Source: Tagaea sp. (GTDB taxonomy: Bacteria > Pseudomonadota > Alphaproteobacteria > CACIAM-22H2). Taken from it: 64,000 bases of DNA. A program made the translations under genes and the position numbers. The notes beneath the pieces were generated by a model. It did no database searches, was not told the origin of the DNA, and worked only from the letters and a program-made list of their open reading frames with translations. The stretch spans positions 2,256,496 to 2,320,495 of the forward strand of contig OZ257249.1 of assembly GCA_965279565.1 (NCBI GenBank), given 5' to 3'. This document shows positions 1 through 8,764 of the stretch, one piece after another. How positions within the stretch are numbered: position 1 is the first letter of the stretch; each line of letters starts with the position of its first letter.

Positions 1-1
1 G

Positions 2-502
2 GACGCGCAGTGCGGCCCCTACGAGCCCTGGCCGATCGCCGCCCAGAACCTCGCGCGCTATCGCCAGCGCTATCCGCAGGGCCAGACGGCCTTCACGCTG
101 GGGGCCTTCGTCCACGAGGACCGTACCGAGGCCCGCCGGCTCGCCGGTCCCGGCCTCGCCTGGGCCTACCGCCACATCCTCGACGGATCGGGGCCTGTCC
201 TGAAGGCGCAGATCGAGACGAACGAGGCGCTCGCCGCGTTCCGCTGGATGGTGCCGCTGATCGACCGGCCGGTCTCGCTGCCGGCCCTCGAAGCGCTCGG
301 GCTCGCGATCGTCGGCACACCCGACGATCTCGTTCGCCATCTCGAGAAGCTCGCCGCCGCCGGCCTCACGCGCGTTTCGCTGACGCTGGGGGCGGGCGAC
401 GTGGCGCGCGACGCCCTGCTCGCGTCGTGCGAACTGATCGGTGCCAAGGTCCTGCCGCGCATCGCCGAGCCGCGCGTGGTGACCGAGAAGCTGCTCGCCT
501 GA
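2..502 (+). CDS. LLM-class (luciferase-like) flavin-dependent oxidoreductase; 5' end lies outside the window
   Basis: In-frame translation from nt 2 reads ...DAQCGPYEPWPIAAQNLARYRQRYPQGQTAFTLGAFVHEDRTEARRLAG...LGLAIVGTPDDLVRHLEKLAAAGLTRVSL, typical of the C-terminus of a bacterial luciferase-like monooxygenase. GC3-rich codons. Stop TGA at 500-502. Confidence 0.6.
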   Translation, partial: DAQCGPYEPWPIAAQNLARYRQRYPQGQTAFTLGAFVHEDRTEARRLAGPGLAWAYRHILDGSGPVLKAQIETNEALAAFRWMVPLIDRPVSLPALEALGLAIVGTPDDLVRHLEKLAAAGLTRVSLTLGAGDVARDALLASCELIGAKVLPRIAEPRVVTEKLLA

Positions 503-614
503 GCTTCAAGCGGTTGTTCCGGCTGGAAAATCCGTAATTTTCGGGCGCTTGATCCAGATCAAGGATTCCTTCATCCGGATGCACGATGCTGGCAATCGTC
601 GAAGGAGCCCCCCG

Positions 615-803
615 ATGAGTTGCCCCCGCACCTGCCTCAACGACGAGACCGGCACCGAGAAATCGGCGTGCAATACGTCGTGCTCGAAGGTCGAGCGCAT
701 GATCCACGATATCCTGCGGCCGAACGCGGTTTCCGTCGGCCTCATCGCCGCGCAGGCGCAGATGCTGGCGTCCCTCGGGTCGCCGGCAATGCCGCGCCTG
801 TAG
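615..803 (+). CDS. Small Cys-rich hypothetical protein, 62 aa (MSCPRTCLNDETGTEKSACNTSCSKVERMIHD...)
   Basis: ATG at 615 is preceded by GAAGGAG at 601-607 with 7-nt spacing. GC3 codon bias is strong over the whole ORF. Two CxxxC motifs, Cys3/Cys7 and Cys20/Cys24. I recognise no homolog. Confidence 0.35.
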   Translation: MSCPRTCLNDETGTEKSACNTSCSKVERMIHDILRPNAVSVGLIAAQAQMLASLGSPAMPRL

Positions 804-887
804 CCTTCCCGAGCCCCGCCGCGTTGACGGCGGGCAGGCCGGGCTGGCAGTCTCCGCCGGACAAGAAATCGCAACGGGGAGATTCCG

Positions 888-1910
888 ATGATCGGTCCAT
901 TCGCGCGGCTCGGCGCCGCCGCCATTCTGGCATTCGCCGCACTTCCCGCGTCCGCGCAGGCACCCGTACCGGTCAAGTTCGCGCTCGACTGGGCGCTGCA
1001 GGGCAACCATGCCGTCTTCTCGATGGCCGTCGACAAGGGCCACTTCACGCGCGAAGGGCTCGCGGTCTCGATGGATCGCGGCTTCGGGTCGGGCGACACG
1101 GTCACCAAGGTCGCCTCGGGTGCCTACGACATCGGCTATGCCGACCTCAACACCGTCATCCCGTTCAATGCCAACCCGGCGAACGCGAACAAGATCACCG
1201 GCGTGCTGCTGGTGATGGACCAGTCTCTGGCTGCCGTGATCCTGCGCAAGGGAACGGTCGCGAACCCCAAGGGTCTCGAAGGCAAGAAGCTGGCCGCACC
1301 CGAGGCCGACGCCGGCCGCATGCTGTTCCCGGCCTTCGCGAAGGCCCAGGGCATCGATGCGGGCAAGATCGTCTGGCAGACCGTCACGCCGCAGCTGCGC
1401 GAGACGCTGCTGGTCCAGAAGCAGGTCGACGGCGTGACCGGCTTCATCTCGACCAGCGTTTTCAACATCAAGATGGCCGGCGTGCCCACGTCGGACCTGA
1501 TGGTCTACCGCTACAACGAATACGGCGTGGACCTGCTGGGCTCGGCGCTGATCGTCAGCCAGTCTTTCGCCGAGAAGAACCCGGAACTGGTGCGCAAGTT
1601 CGTGCGCGCGTCGATCGCCGGTATTCGCGACGCGCTCGCCGATCCGAAGGCCGGCATGGCCCAGCTCAAGCAGCGCGACCCGCTGTTCAACGAGGCGATC
1701 GAGCTCGAACGCTTCGAGATGGTCCGCGACCTGACGATGCTGACCGACAACGTGAAACGCAACGGCCTGTCGTCGGTTCCCGCCGACCGCCTGGCGAAGT
1801 CGGTCGATACGGTGGCGCAGGCCTACAATCTGGGTGGCAAGGTCAATCCGCAGGACGTCTATACCGACAAGTTCCTGCCGCCGGTCGCCGAGCGGCGTGT
1901 GGTCCGCTAG
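888..1910 (+). CDS. ABC transporter substrate-binding protein, NMT1/THI5-like (SsuA/TauA-type sulfonate/nitrate family), with signal peptide
   Basis: N-terminal signal peptide MIGPFARLGAAAILAFAALPASAQA. Family-typical body (FALDWALQGNHAVFSMAVDKGHF...). GGGGAGA RBS before the ATG at 888. Confidence 0.8.
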   Translation: MIGPFARLGAAAILAFAALPASAQAPVPVKFALDWALQGNHAVFSMAVDKGHFTREGLAVSMDRGFGSGDTVTKVASGAYDIGYADLNTVIPFNANPANANKITGVLLVMDQSLAAVILRKGTVANPKGLEGKKLAAPEADAGRMLFPAFAKAQGIDAGKIVWQTVTPQLRETLLVQKQVDGVTGFISTSVFNIKMAGVPTSDLMVYRYNEYGVDLLGSALIVSQSFAEKNPELVRKFVRASIAGIRDALADPKAGMAQLKQRDPLFNEAIELERFEMVRDLTMLTDNVKRNGLSSVPADRLAKSVDTVAQAYNLGGKVNPQDVYTDKFLPPVAERRVVR

Positions 1911-2302
1911 CCGGCTGCCGCGAACCACGCGGCGATCGAGCGCTTGTAACCCTCGGGCATGGCGAGCTCGGCGATCTCGCCGGGCGCGAACAGCCCGAGG
2001 GCCTTGTGCTCGTGGCTGAGGCGCGGGATCGCACCTGCGAGCGGCGCGCAGGCATAGGTGACGATCAGCACCTCGCCCGCACCCTTTATGTCGTAGAGCC
2101 AGCTGTCGAGGATGCGCATCACGCGCACCGCAAGGCCGAGCTCCTCGTCGATCTCGCGCACGCAGGCGGCGACGGGATCCTCGCCTGCCTCCAGCCGTCC
2201 GCCGGGCAGTTCCCACTCGTCGCGTTCGTTGCGCAGCAGACAGAATTTCCCGTCGATCGCGACCACGCCCTTGACCGAGACGGGGAAGCGGGGCGGGCTC
2301 AT
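1907..2302 (-). CDS. NUDIX hydrolase
   Basis: NUDIX box GGRLEAGEDPVAACVREIDEELG. The ATG at 2302 overlaps the stop of the upstream YeeE gene in an ATGA overlap. Confidence 0.75.
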   Translation of the reverse strand: MSPPRFPVSVKGVVAIDGKFCLLRNERDEWELPGGRLEAGEDPVAACVREIDEELGLAVRVMRILDSWLYDIKGAGEVLIVTYACAPLAGAIPRLSHEHKALGLFAPGEIAELAMPEGYKRSIAAWFAAAG

Positions 2303-3399
2303 GCGCGCGCGACGAGCGCCTTCAGGGCACCGGCAAGCGTGCCTTCCTCGAGATAGCGCAGCCCGAAGAGGCCGCCCGCGAGGATCGACACGAGCGCGAT
2401 CAGCGAACCCGCCGCCAGCGTCGACATGCCGGTGATCCCCTGGCCGATCGTGCAGCCCAGCGCCATCACGCCGCCGGTCCCCATCAGGGCGGCACCTGCG
2501 AGGTGGCGCAGCATGTCGTTCGCGTCGGTGAAGCTTTCCACGCGGAACTCGTCCGACGCCTTCGCGGCACCGAACGCGCCCACGATCACGCCCAGCACGG
2601 CCGCGATACCGAAGCCGATCTTCGAGCCGGTCCATGTCATCGCGTAGACCAGCGCTTCGCCGATGGGTGCCACGAACGTGAAGGAAGCGACCTGCGTGGG
2701 CTCGAAATCGTCGTCGCCGACGATGCCGGTGATCGCCCAGCCGGCCGTGACCAGCAGGCCGACGACGATGCCGGCCGCGATATCGCGCGGGCTCGCGCGG
2801 AACGCGGCATCCTTGAAGCAGTAGAAGGCGAGTGCGAGGACGGCCGCCGCGGCGAGGGCCGCCCGCGCGAGGCCGGGCGCGATTCCGGCCTTCGCGGCGA
2901 ACTCGGGCAGGCCCTGCGTGGCCATGCCGAGCTTGCGCAGATCGGAAGCGAACGGCTCGATCGCCGCCACGCGCAGGGCACCGGTCAGGCCGCGCAGCGT
3001 CATGTAGGCGAAGAGGCCGAGGATCAGGAACACGAAGAGGCTTTTGAGATTGCCCGCCCCCAGCCGCACGAGCGTGCGGTTGCCGCAGCCGCCGGCGAGC
3101 GTCATGCCGAAGCCGAACATCAGCCCGCCGACGATGGCGCCCAGCCAGCCCAGCGTCGGGGCGAGATAGATCGACTTGCCGAGATCGACGAGGCCCGCCG
3201 CTTGCAGCGTCTGGCTGCCGGCGATTGCCACGGCGATGGCGAGCAGCCATGCCCGCATCCGGTTGTAGCTGCCGAGAAACACGATGTCGGACAGCGCGCC
3301 CATCGTGCAGAAATTCGTGCGCTGGGCGACGGCGCCGAAGACGATGCCGGCGGCGAACGCCCACAGCGCCACGGTCTGGTGGATGGCGAGTTCCTGCAT
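2299..3399 (-). CDS. YeeE/YedE family sulfur-compound (thiosulfate) transporter
   Basis: Two repeated GxGxxxGGC(x)N/IG motifs (LAGGCGNRTLV; MALGCTIGQGITG) in a polytopic membrane protein. Start chosen at MQELAIHQ (ATG 3399). Confidence 0.8.
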   Translation of the reverse strand: MQELAIHQTVALWAFAAGIVFGAVAQRTNFCTMGALSDIVFLGSYNRMRAWLLAIAVAIAGSQTLQAAGLVDLGKSIYLAPTLGWLGAIVGGLMFGFGMTLAGGCGNRTLVRLGAGNLKSLFVFLILGLFAYMTLRGLTGALRVAAIEPFASDLRKLGMATQGLPEFAAKAGIAPGLARAALAAAAVLALAFYCFKDAAFRASPRDIAAGIVVGLLVTAGWAITGIVGDDDFEPTQVASFTFVAPIGEALVYAMTWTGSKIGFGIAAVLGVIVGAFGAAKASDEFRVESFTDANDMLRHLAGAALMGTGGVMALGCTIGQGITGMSTLAAGSLIALVSILAGGLFGLRYLEEGTLAGALKALVARA

Positions 3400-3472
3400 G
3401 GCAGGAATGTACCGCTTGCCCGGATTGCGCGACAACCCGTAAGGTTCGCCACCATTGGATGGGAAGCCCGCG

Positions 3473-3700
3473 ATGAGCGTCACGACCCTCGACGTCAAGG
3501 GACTGAACTGCCCGCTGCCGGTGCTGCGCGCCAAGAAGGCGATGGGCGGCGTTCCGGCCGGCGGCACGCTGCGCGTGCTGGCGACCGATCCGGGTGCCGT
3601 GCGCGATTTCGAAGCGTTCGTGCGCGCGACCGACGCGACGATGCTGAGTTCGACCGAAGCCGACGGCGTGTTCGTCTTCGAGATCCGCAAGGCCGGATAG
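3473..3700 (+). CDS. TusA-like sulfurtransferase (SirA/YedF/YeeD family)
   Basis: MSVTTLDVKGLNCPLPVLRAKKAM, containing the CPxP motif. GGGAAG RBS before the ATG at 3473. An alternative start at 3455 lacks an RBS. Divergent from the YeeE gene. Confidence 0.7.
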   Translation: MSVTTLDVKGLNCPLPVLRAKKAMGGVPAGGTLRVLATDPGAVRDFEAFVRATDATMLSSTEADGVFVFEIRKAG

Positions 3701-3711
3701 GCCTTCCTCCG

Positions 3712-4620
3712 ATGACCGAACAAGGTGCCCGCAAGGAAGGCCTCTGGCTGCTGTTCCTGCTCGCCGTCTTCTGGGGTGCCAACTGGCCGGCGATGAAGGT
3801 CGCGGTCGTCGAGCTGGCGCCGTGGACCTTCCGCGTCGTGTGCGTCTATATCGGGGCGGCGGGCCTGTTCGCGATCGCGGCGATGCGTGGCATCCCGCTG
3901 GGCCTGCCGCGCGGACGCGAGTTCGTCTTCGCGGGTACGGCGATCCTCAACGTCGCGATCTGGCAGGTCACATCGGCCTACGGGCTGCAGCTGATGTCGG
4001 CCGGGCGCGCGGTGCTTGTCGCCTTCACGATGCCGCTATGGGCGGCGGTGTTCGGCGCCATTTTCGTGCGCGAAAAGTTCACGCCGCGCAAGTCGCTCGC
4101 CCTGCTGTTCGGTCTTGCCGGCCTCTTCCTGCTGGCGCTGCCGGCGGGTGGCGCGCTCGTCGACTCGCTCGCCGGCCTTGGCCTGATGCTGTCGGCGGCA
4201 ATCGCGTGGGGTGCCGGCACCGTGGCGCTGAAGGCGCAGCGCTTCGCGATGTCGGCGGTGTCGCTGACGGCCTGGCAGCTCGCCATCGCCGGGGTGCCGC
4301 TGATCGCCGGCATGGTCCAGTTCGAGGTGTTCGGGCCGCCGGGTTCGATCCTGCTGACGGGCGGCTTCACGGCGATCGGCTTCGCCGGCGCCGCCTATGC
4401 GGCGACGGTACCGATGATCTTCTGCCACTGGGCCTGGTTCCGTACGCTGGAAATCCTGCCCGCGTCGGTCGCGTCGATCGGCACGCTGGCGGTTCCCGTC
4501 GTCGGCGTGCTGTCGTCGGCGCTGCTGCTGGGCGAGGCGCTCGGCTGGGCGGAACTGCTGGCGATGGTCTGCGTCGTCGCGGCACTGGCGCTCGCACTGC
4601 TGGCACCGGCGAAAACCTAG
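3712..4620 (+). CDS. EamA/DMT family transporter
   Basis: Ten predicted TM helices with two EamA repeats (LLFLLAVFWGANWPAMKV...). Start at MTEQGARKEG. Confidence 0.75.
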   Translation: MTEQGARKEGLWLLFLLAVFWGANWPAMKVAVVELAPWTFRVVCVYIGAAGLFAIAAMRGIPLGLPRGREFVFAGTAILNVAIWQVTSAYGLQLMSAGRAVLVAFTMPLWAAVFGAIFVREKFTPRKSLALLFGLAGLFLLALPAGGALVDSLAGLGLMLSAAIAWGAGTVALKAQRFAMSAVSLTAWQLAIAGVPLIAGMVQFEVFGPPGSILLTGGFTAIGFAGAAYAATVPMIFCHWAWFRTLEILPASVASIGTLAVPVVGVLSSALLLGEALGWAELLAMVCVVAALALALLAPAKT

Positions 4621-5255
4621 TCGGCCGCGAGCTTGTCCTTCGGCGCCTCTGCGACGGCGCGCGCGGCGGCCTTCTTCGACTGCCGACGATGCACGAAATA
4701 GACGATCGACCCCGAGACCGCGAACACGCCGAGCATGATGTAGAGGAAATTGTTCGCGATATCGCCCATCGCCGCCTCGAGCGCGTGGCCGAACATGTAG
4801 CCGAAGCCCGCGAACGACAGCGCCCAGACGAACGCCGCGATGAAGTTCAGCACCGCGAAGCGCAGCGGATGCACGCGCGCCATGCCCATCGCGAACGAGG
4901 CGAAGTTGCGCACGCCGTAGATGAAGCGGAACGACAGGATGAACCACGTGTCGTAGCGCTTGAGCATCTCGAGCGCGCCGTCCACGCCGCCGCGCCAGTG
5001 CGGGCGCTTCTCGAGGATGCGCGTGCCGTAGCGCCGCCCCAGCCAGAACCACATCTGGTCGCCCGAGAAGCTGCCGAACCACGCCACCAGCAGCAGGCTC
5101 CAGAAATGCAGCGTGCCCTGCTGGGCGGCGGCACCCGCGAAGATCACGAAGGTCTCGCCCTCGAAGAACGTCCACAGGAACATGACGGCGTAGACGAGGG
5201 TGCCGTATTCAGCGACCAGACGCTGGATGTCGTTCGAAAATTCCAAGAAACCCAT
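4617..5255 (-). CDS. DedA/SNARE-associated family membrane protein
   Basis: DedA hallmarks: FEGETFVIFAGAAA, WFWLGRRYG. Confidence 0.8.
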   Translation of the reverse strand: MGFLEFSNDIQRLVAEYGTLVYAVMFLWTFFEGETFVIFAGAAAQQGTLHFWSLLLVAWFGSFSGDQMWFWLGRRYGTRILEKRPHWRGGVDGALEMLKRYDTWFILSFRFIYGVRNFASFAMGMARVHPLRFAVLNFIAAFVWALSFAGFGYMFGHALEAAMGDIANNFLYIMLGVFAVSGSIVYFVHRRQSKKAAARAVAEAPKDKLAAD

Positions 5256-5341
5256 CCCGCCCGGATTGTGGTATCGTGATCGCAGTCCTAAATCGGTCGC
5301 GACGTTACCACGTTCCCGGACCGGCGGAAGGGGTTCCGGCC

Positions 5342-5602
5342 ATGACGTTTTGGAGATCGACGATGATGCTGCGCGCAGCTTTCGCGGTTCTGGCGCTGGC
5401 GTTCGGTGCCGTACCGGCCCTTGCCGAGGACCCGCGCCCGAACAGTTCGCCCCCCAAGGTCAACAAGGACGCCGACAACATCAACGCGTCCAATCCGCGC
5501 GTGTTCCATGCCGGCCCGGGCAAGCCGCTGCAGGGCACGGTCTGGACGCCGCCGTCGGCGGCGGCTGCTGCGAAAAAGGACGACAAGGGCGCCGCCAAGT
5601 AG
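5342..5602 (+). CDS. Hypothetical small secreted protein
   Basis: Signal peptide MTFWRSTMMLRAAFAVLALAFGAVPALA. GGAAGGGG RBS. Low-complexity Ala/Lys tail. Confidence 0.4.
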   Translation: MTFWRSTMMLRAAFAVLALAFGAVPALAEDPRPNSSPPKVNKDADNINASNPRVFHAGPGKPLQGTVWTPPSAAAAAKKDDKGAAK

Positions 5603-5614
5603 GCGGCCGCCGCG

Positions 5615-6010
5615 TCAGGGGGCCGGCTTGGCCGTGATCTCGGTGCACTCGGTCGCGCCACCGAGCGTGCGGATGCAGCGATAGCGCGCATTCGGATCAG
5701 GTTTCGCCGGCTGCTCGCCATTGAACCGTTCGATCTGGTCGCAGACGAGCGCGCGGTCGCCGGTCATGTACATGCCTTCGCAGCGCCCGGGCAGGAAATT
5801 CGGGCCGAGCAGGATAGCGGCGCCGTAGATGCCGGTGCCGACATGGCGCGTGTACGGATCGGTGAAGGTCTTGATCTTGGTCGGAACGTCGCTGAACGGC
5901 GGGCTACCCTGCATGTCGGGCAGGTGGCTCGGGTCCGAGCAGGCGGCGAGCCCCATGCCCAGAAGGAGCACGGCGGCGGCGGTCCGGAGGCGGGGAGATA
6001 TCCTGAACAT
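5615..6010 (-). CDS. Hypothetical lipoprotein
   Basis: Lipobox LLLGMGLAAC after an ATG start at 6010. A TTG at 6058 would give a longer form. An AT-rich promoter-like stretch lies at 6011-6061. Confidence 0.45.
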   Translation of the reverse strand: MFRISPRLRTAAAVLLLGMGLAACSDPSHLPDMQGSPPFSDVPTKIKTFTDPYTRHVGTGIYGAAILLGPNFLPGRCEGMYMTGDRALVCDQIERFNGEQPAKPDPNARYRCIRTLGGATECTEITAKPAP

Positions 6011-6061
6011 ATCTAAAATTTGAACCAAATTAATTAAGAAATCGTGAATCGGCCGCAAGAT

Positions 6062-6841
6062 TCAGCCGTTCGCCTTGTAGAGCGCCAACTCATGGAAAAA
6101 GCTGTCGAAAGCGGCCTCGGGTGTCAGGCCGGTCGCGGCCTCGAAGCGCGTGGCGGCCTCGGGCGACAGTTTCCGGACCGGGGCGAACAGGTTGTCGAAC
6201 ACGGTCAGGAAGTCCGCCTTCGTGAACTGGGCGATCTCGAGCCCGTCGCCGATCTGCACGTACTTGTTGGGGGCGAGGCTGATCGACGTCTGCTTGTGCT
6301 GCATGATCCGGAAGAGCCATTCGCGGCGCGTGTCGAAGCGCTTGAAGGCGCGCGCGATCTTGACGAGCACCTGCCAGAAGATCGCCTGCGCGCGCGGGTC
6401 GGCATAGAACTCGTCCCAGCCGAATGCGGCGCCCATGCGCTCGCGCAGTTCGTCCACCACGACGTTGCACTGCGCGTTCCATTCGTCCTCCTCGTCGCCG
6501 ACGAGCGAATGAATGAAAAAGAAGAAGTTGTGCAGCATGCCGCGGTCGAGCTGCTGGGACTGGAAGAAGTCCGACAGCGGATGGACCATGAGGCGGCCGA
6601 ACGAGTTCGTCCGCCGGTTGACCTGCTGGGCGTCGACGATCGTGCTGACGATCTGCGAGAAGACCGCGCGGTAGAAATTGTCCATCTCGCCGGACACCTT
6701 CATCGCCTCGGCGATGCGCGAAACTTCCTCGGCGCCGATATTGCCGCCGCGAAGCTCGACCTCCGCCTCCACCGTCTTGACGAAGGCGTCGAGCATCGTG
6801 ACGACGGCATGCCGGATCTGGAGCGGGCCTTTTGCGAACAT
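6062..6841 (-). CDS. Hypothetical protein, 259 aa; fold not recognised (possibly an iron-containing redox / haem-oxygenase-like helical protein)
   Basis: Good GC3 bias. Start MFAKGPLQ at 6841. Acidic patch DEEDEW. Divergent from the epimerase gene. Confidence 0.5.
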   Translation of the reverse strand: MFAKGPLQIRHAVVTMLDAFVKTVEAEVELRGGNIGAEEVSRIAEAMKVSGEMDNFYRAVFSQIVSTIVDAQQVNRRTNSFGRLMVHPLSDFFQSQQLDRGMLHNFFFFIHSLVGDEEDEWNAQCNVVVDELRERMGAAFGWDEFYADPRAQAIFWQVLVKIARAFKRFDTRREWLFRIMQHKQTSISLAPNKYVQIGDGLEIAQFTKADFLTVFDNLFAPVRKLSPEAATRFEAATGLTPEAAFDSFFHELALYKANG

Positions 6842-6965
6842 GGCGGGCGCGACTGTAGCTGGTGCCGGGCCGGTTGGGAATCCTTCCGGCGCCGCAATCT
6901 TGGCGGTGGTGCTAATCTTGCGGCCGGCTGCTAGGCTCGCCGGAACCAAGGAAGAGGAATCGGGG

Positions 6966-7931
6966 TTGTCGAACGACGCGTCGCTCTATGCCGGCAAGAC
7001 GATCCTGGTGACGGGTGCGACCGGCCTCTATGGCCGCACGCTGGTGCCGCGGCTGATCGCGCTGGGGGCGCGCGTGCGCACCGTTTCGACCCGGCCGGCA
7101 CCCGCGGATTTTCCCGGCGGAGTCGAGCATCTGGCCGGCGACCTGACCGACCGGCATTTTGCCGACCGGGCCGCCGCGGGTGCCGACGGGATGTTCCATC
7201 TCGCCGGGCGGCGCGGCTCGATCGCCATCCAGATCGCGCGCGCGGCGACGATGCTGGGCGAGAACACGCTAATCTGCATGAACATGCTGGAAGCCGCGCG
7301 CCGCGCGAAGATCGCGCGCATCGTCTATGCCAGCACCGTCTCGGTCTATCCGCCGATGGAGGTCTATCGCGAGGACCTGACCTGGTCGGCCAACCCGCAT
7401 CCGGCCAACGAATACGTCGCGTGGGCCAAGCGGATCGTCGAGAAACTGATCGAGGCGTACCGGATCGAGTACGGCATGGCGAACATCGCCGTCGTACGGC
7501 CGGTCAACACGTTCGGGCCCCACGACGACTTCGATCCGAAAACCGCACTGGTGGTGCCCGCGCTCATCTCGCGCGTGCTGTCGGGCGAGAATCCGCTGAC
7601 GGTCTGGGGCGACGGCACCGCCGTGCGCGACTTCCTCTATGTCGAGGACGCGGTCGACGGGCTGCTTGCGGCCTACGAGCGCGGGCTGGGGGCAGGGCCG
7701 GTCAATCTCGGCAGCGGGCGCGGCTTCGCGGTGCGCGAGGTCGTCGCGAGCGTGCTGGCCCATTCGGGCCTGTCGCCGGAGGTGCGCTGGGACGCGAGCA
7801 AGCCGGCGGGCGAGGCGCGCAAGGTCGCCGACACGACGCGCGCGCGCGAGATCCTCGGCTTCGCGCCGCGCGTGGGCCTCGACGAAGGGATCCGGCGCAC
7901 GATCGCGTGGTATCGCGCGGCCCGGAAATAG
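6966..7931 (+). CDS. NAD-dependent epimerase/dehydratase family protein (SDR, GDP-sugar epimerase/reductase-like)
   Basis: GKTILVTGATGLYG Rossmann motif; YxxxK (YVAWAK). TTG start at 6966 after AAGGAAGAGG. GTG at 6906/6909 is an alternative. Confidence 0.75.
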   Translation: MSNDASLYAGKTILVTGATGLYGRTLVPRLIALGARVRTVSTRPAPADFPGGVEHLAGDLTDRHFADRAAAGADGMFHLAGRRGSIAIQIARAATMLGENTLICMNMLEAARRAKIARIVYASTVSVYPPMEVYREDLTWSANPHPANEYVAWAKRIVEKLIEAYRIEYGMANIAVVRPVNTFGPHDDFDPKTALVVPALISRVLSGENPLTVWGDGTAVRDFLYVEDAVDGLLAAYERGLGAGPVNLGSGRGFAVREVVASVLAHSGLSPEVRWDASKPAGEARKVADTTRAREILGFAPRVGLDEGIRRTIAWYRAARK

Positions 7932-7946
7932 TCCGGTCGCGGGCGT

Positions 7947-8432
7947 TCAGCCCAGCGACACGCAGCACAGCAGGATGTCGGGCCGGTCGCCGTCGTCGGA
8001 CAGCGGCAGCACGATGCGGCGCGCGTAGCGGAAATCGCGGTTGGGGTAGGCGAGCGGCATGTCGAGCGTCATCGGCGTACCGGTTCGCTCGGCGGCATCC
8101 AGCCATTCGACGATGGGGCCGACCCGCTCGGGCGACAGCACGTCGTCGAGGAAGCGGTGCGTGACGTCGGCGCCGATCGCGTTGACCAGCTCGGTACCGA
8201 CCAGCCGGTAGCGGTAGCGCGGCCGCGCGGTCTCGGGCGCGCGCACGATGTCGTGCAGGATCAGGTAGGGCAGGATGCAGCGGTCGATCTCGACCATGTC
8301 GATGTCGCGGCGCGATGGCATCGCGCGCCCGGCGCATTTCGAGTGCCAGTAGGCATGGATCTTCTCGAGCATTGGCTCGCGCCCGCCGAAGGGTACCTGC
8401 CCGGGCGGGACTGCATCGATATGGCCGTTCAT
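7947..8432 (-). CDS. PAS-domain protein (PAS_5/PF07310-like small sensor)
   Basis: ~160 aa with conserved RYRYRLVGTEL and RIVLPLSDDGDRPDILL signatures. GGAGA RBS before the ATG at 8432. Confidence 0.55.
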   Translation of the reverse strand: MNGHIDAVPPGQVPFGGREPMLEKIHAYWHSKCAGRAMPSRRDIDMVEIDRCILPYLILHDIVRAPETARPRYRYRLVGTELVNAIGADVTHRFLDDVLSPERVGPIVEWLDAAERTGTPMTLDMPLAYPNRDFRYARRIVLPLSDDGDRPDILLCCVSLG

Positions 8433-8632
8433 CCGGGGGAATTCTCCAAGGGTCGTCGCGAGCCCCGGAGATAAGGTTCTGCATCGCATATTGCAATGCA
8501 GCATCGTATGGAAATCCATATACTTTCGGCTATTCCGGATTGCCGCGGCGCCAAAAACCATAGGTAAAACATAGGTAGCCTAGGCGGCGCCTTCCGGCCT
8601 GCGCGTCTGCCATGCGCGACGCATATGGCCGA

Positions 8633-8707
8633 TGGTGCCGGGTGAGGGGATTGAACCCCCGACCTTCGGTTTACAAAACCGCTGCTCTACCGCTGAGCTA
8701 ACCCGGC
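8633..8707 (-). tRNA. tRNA-Thr (anticodon UGU)
   Basis: Reverse complement reads GCCGGGTTAGCTCAGCGGTAGAGCAGCGGTTTTGTAAACCGAAGGTCGGGGGTTCAATCCCCTCACCCGGCACCA. 7-bp acceptor stem, D arm GCTC/GAGC, anticodon loop TTTGTAA, T loop TTCAATC, encoded CCA. Confidence 0.85.
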
Positions 8708-8764
8708 AGCGCGCGGGAAGATATCATCGATTTCGGGACGCGGAAGCCCCGATTTGGCGCGCGA

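Noticed and set aside
366-2216. 616-aa minus-strand ORF antisense to the sulfonate-type binding-protein gene
   Set aside because: Arg/Ala/Gly/Asp-rich low-complexity translation typical of the antisense frame in high-GC DNA. The plus-strand gene has a signal peptide, a family match and an RBS.
2503-3711. 5' extension of the DMT-transporter ORF (705-aa frame)
   Set aside because: The extension is antisense to YeeE and the TusA region and is composed of Arg/Asp/Gly repeats. The true start is at the MTEQGARKEG ATG (3712).
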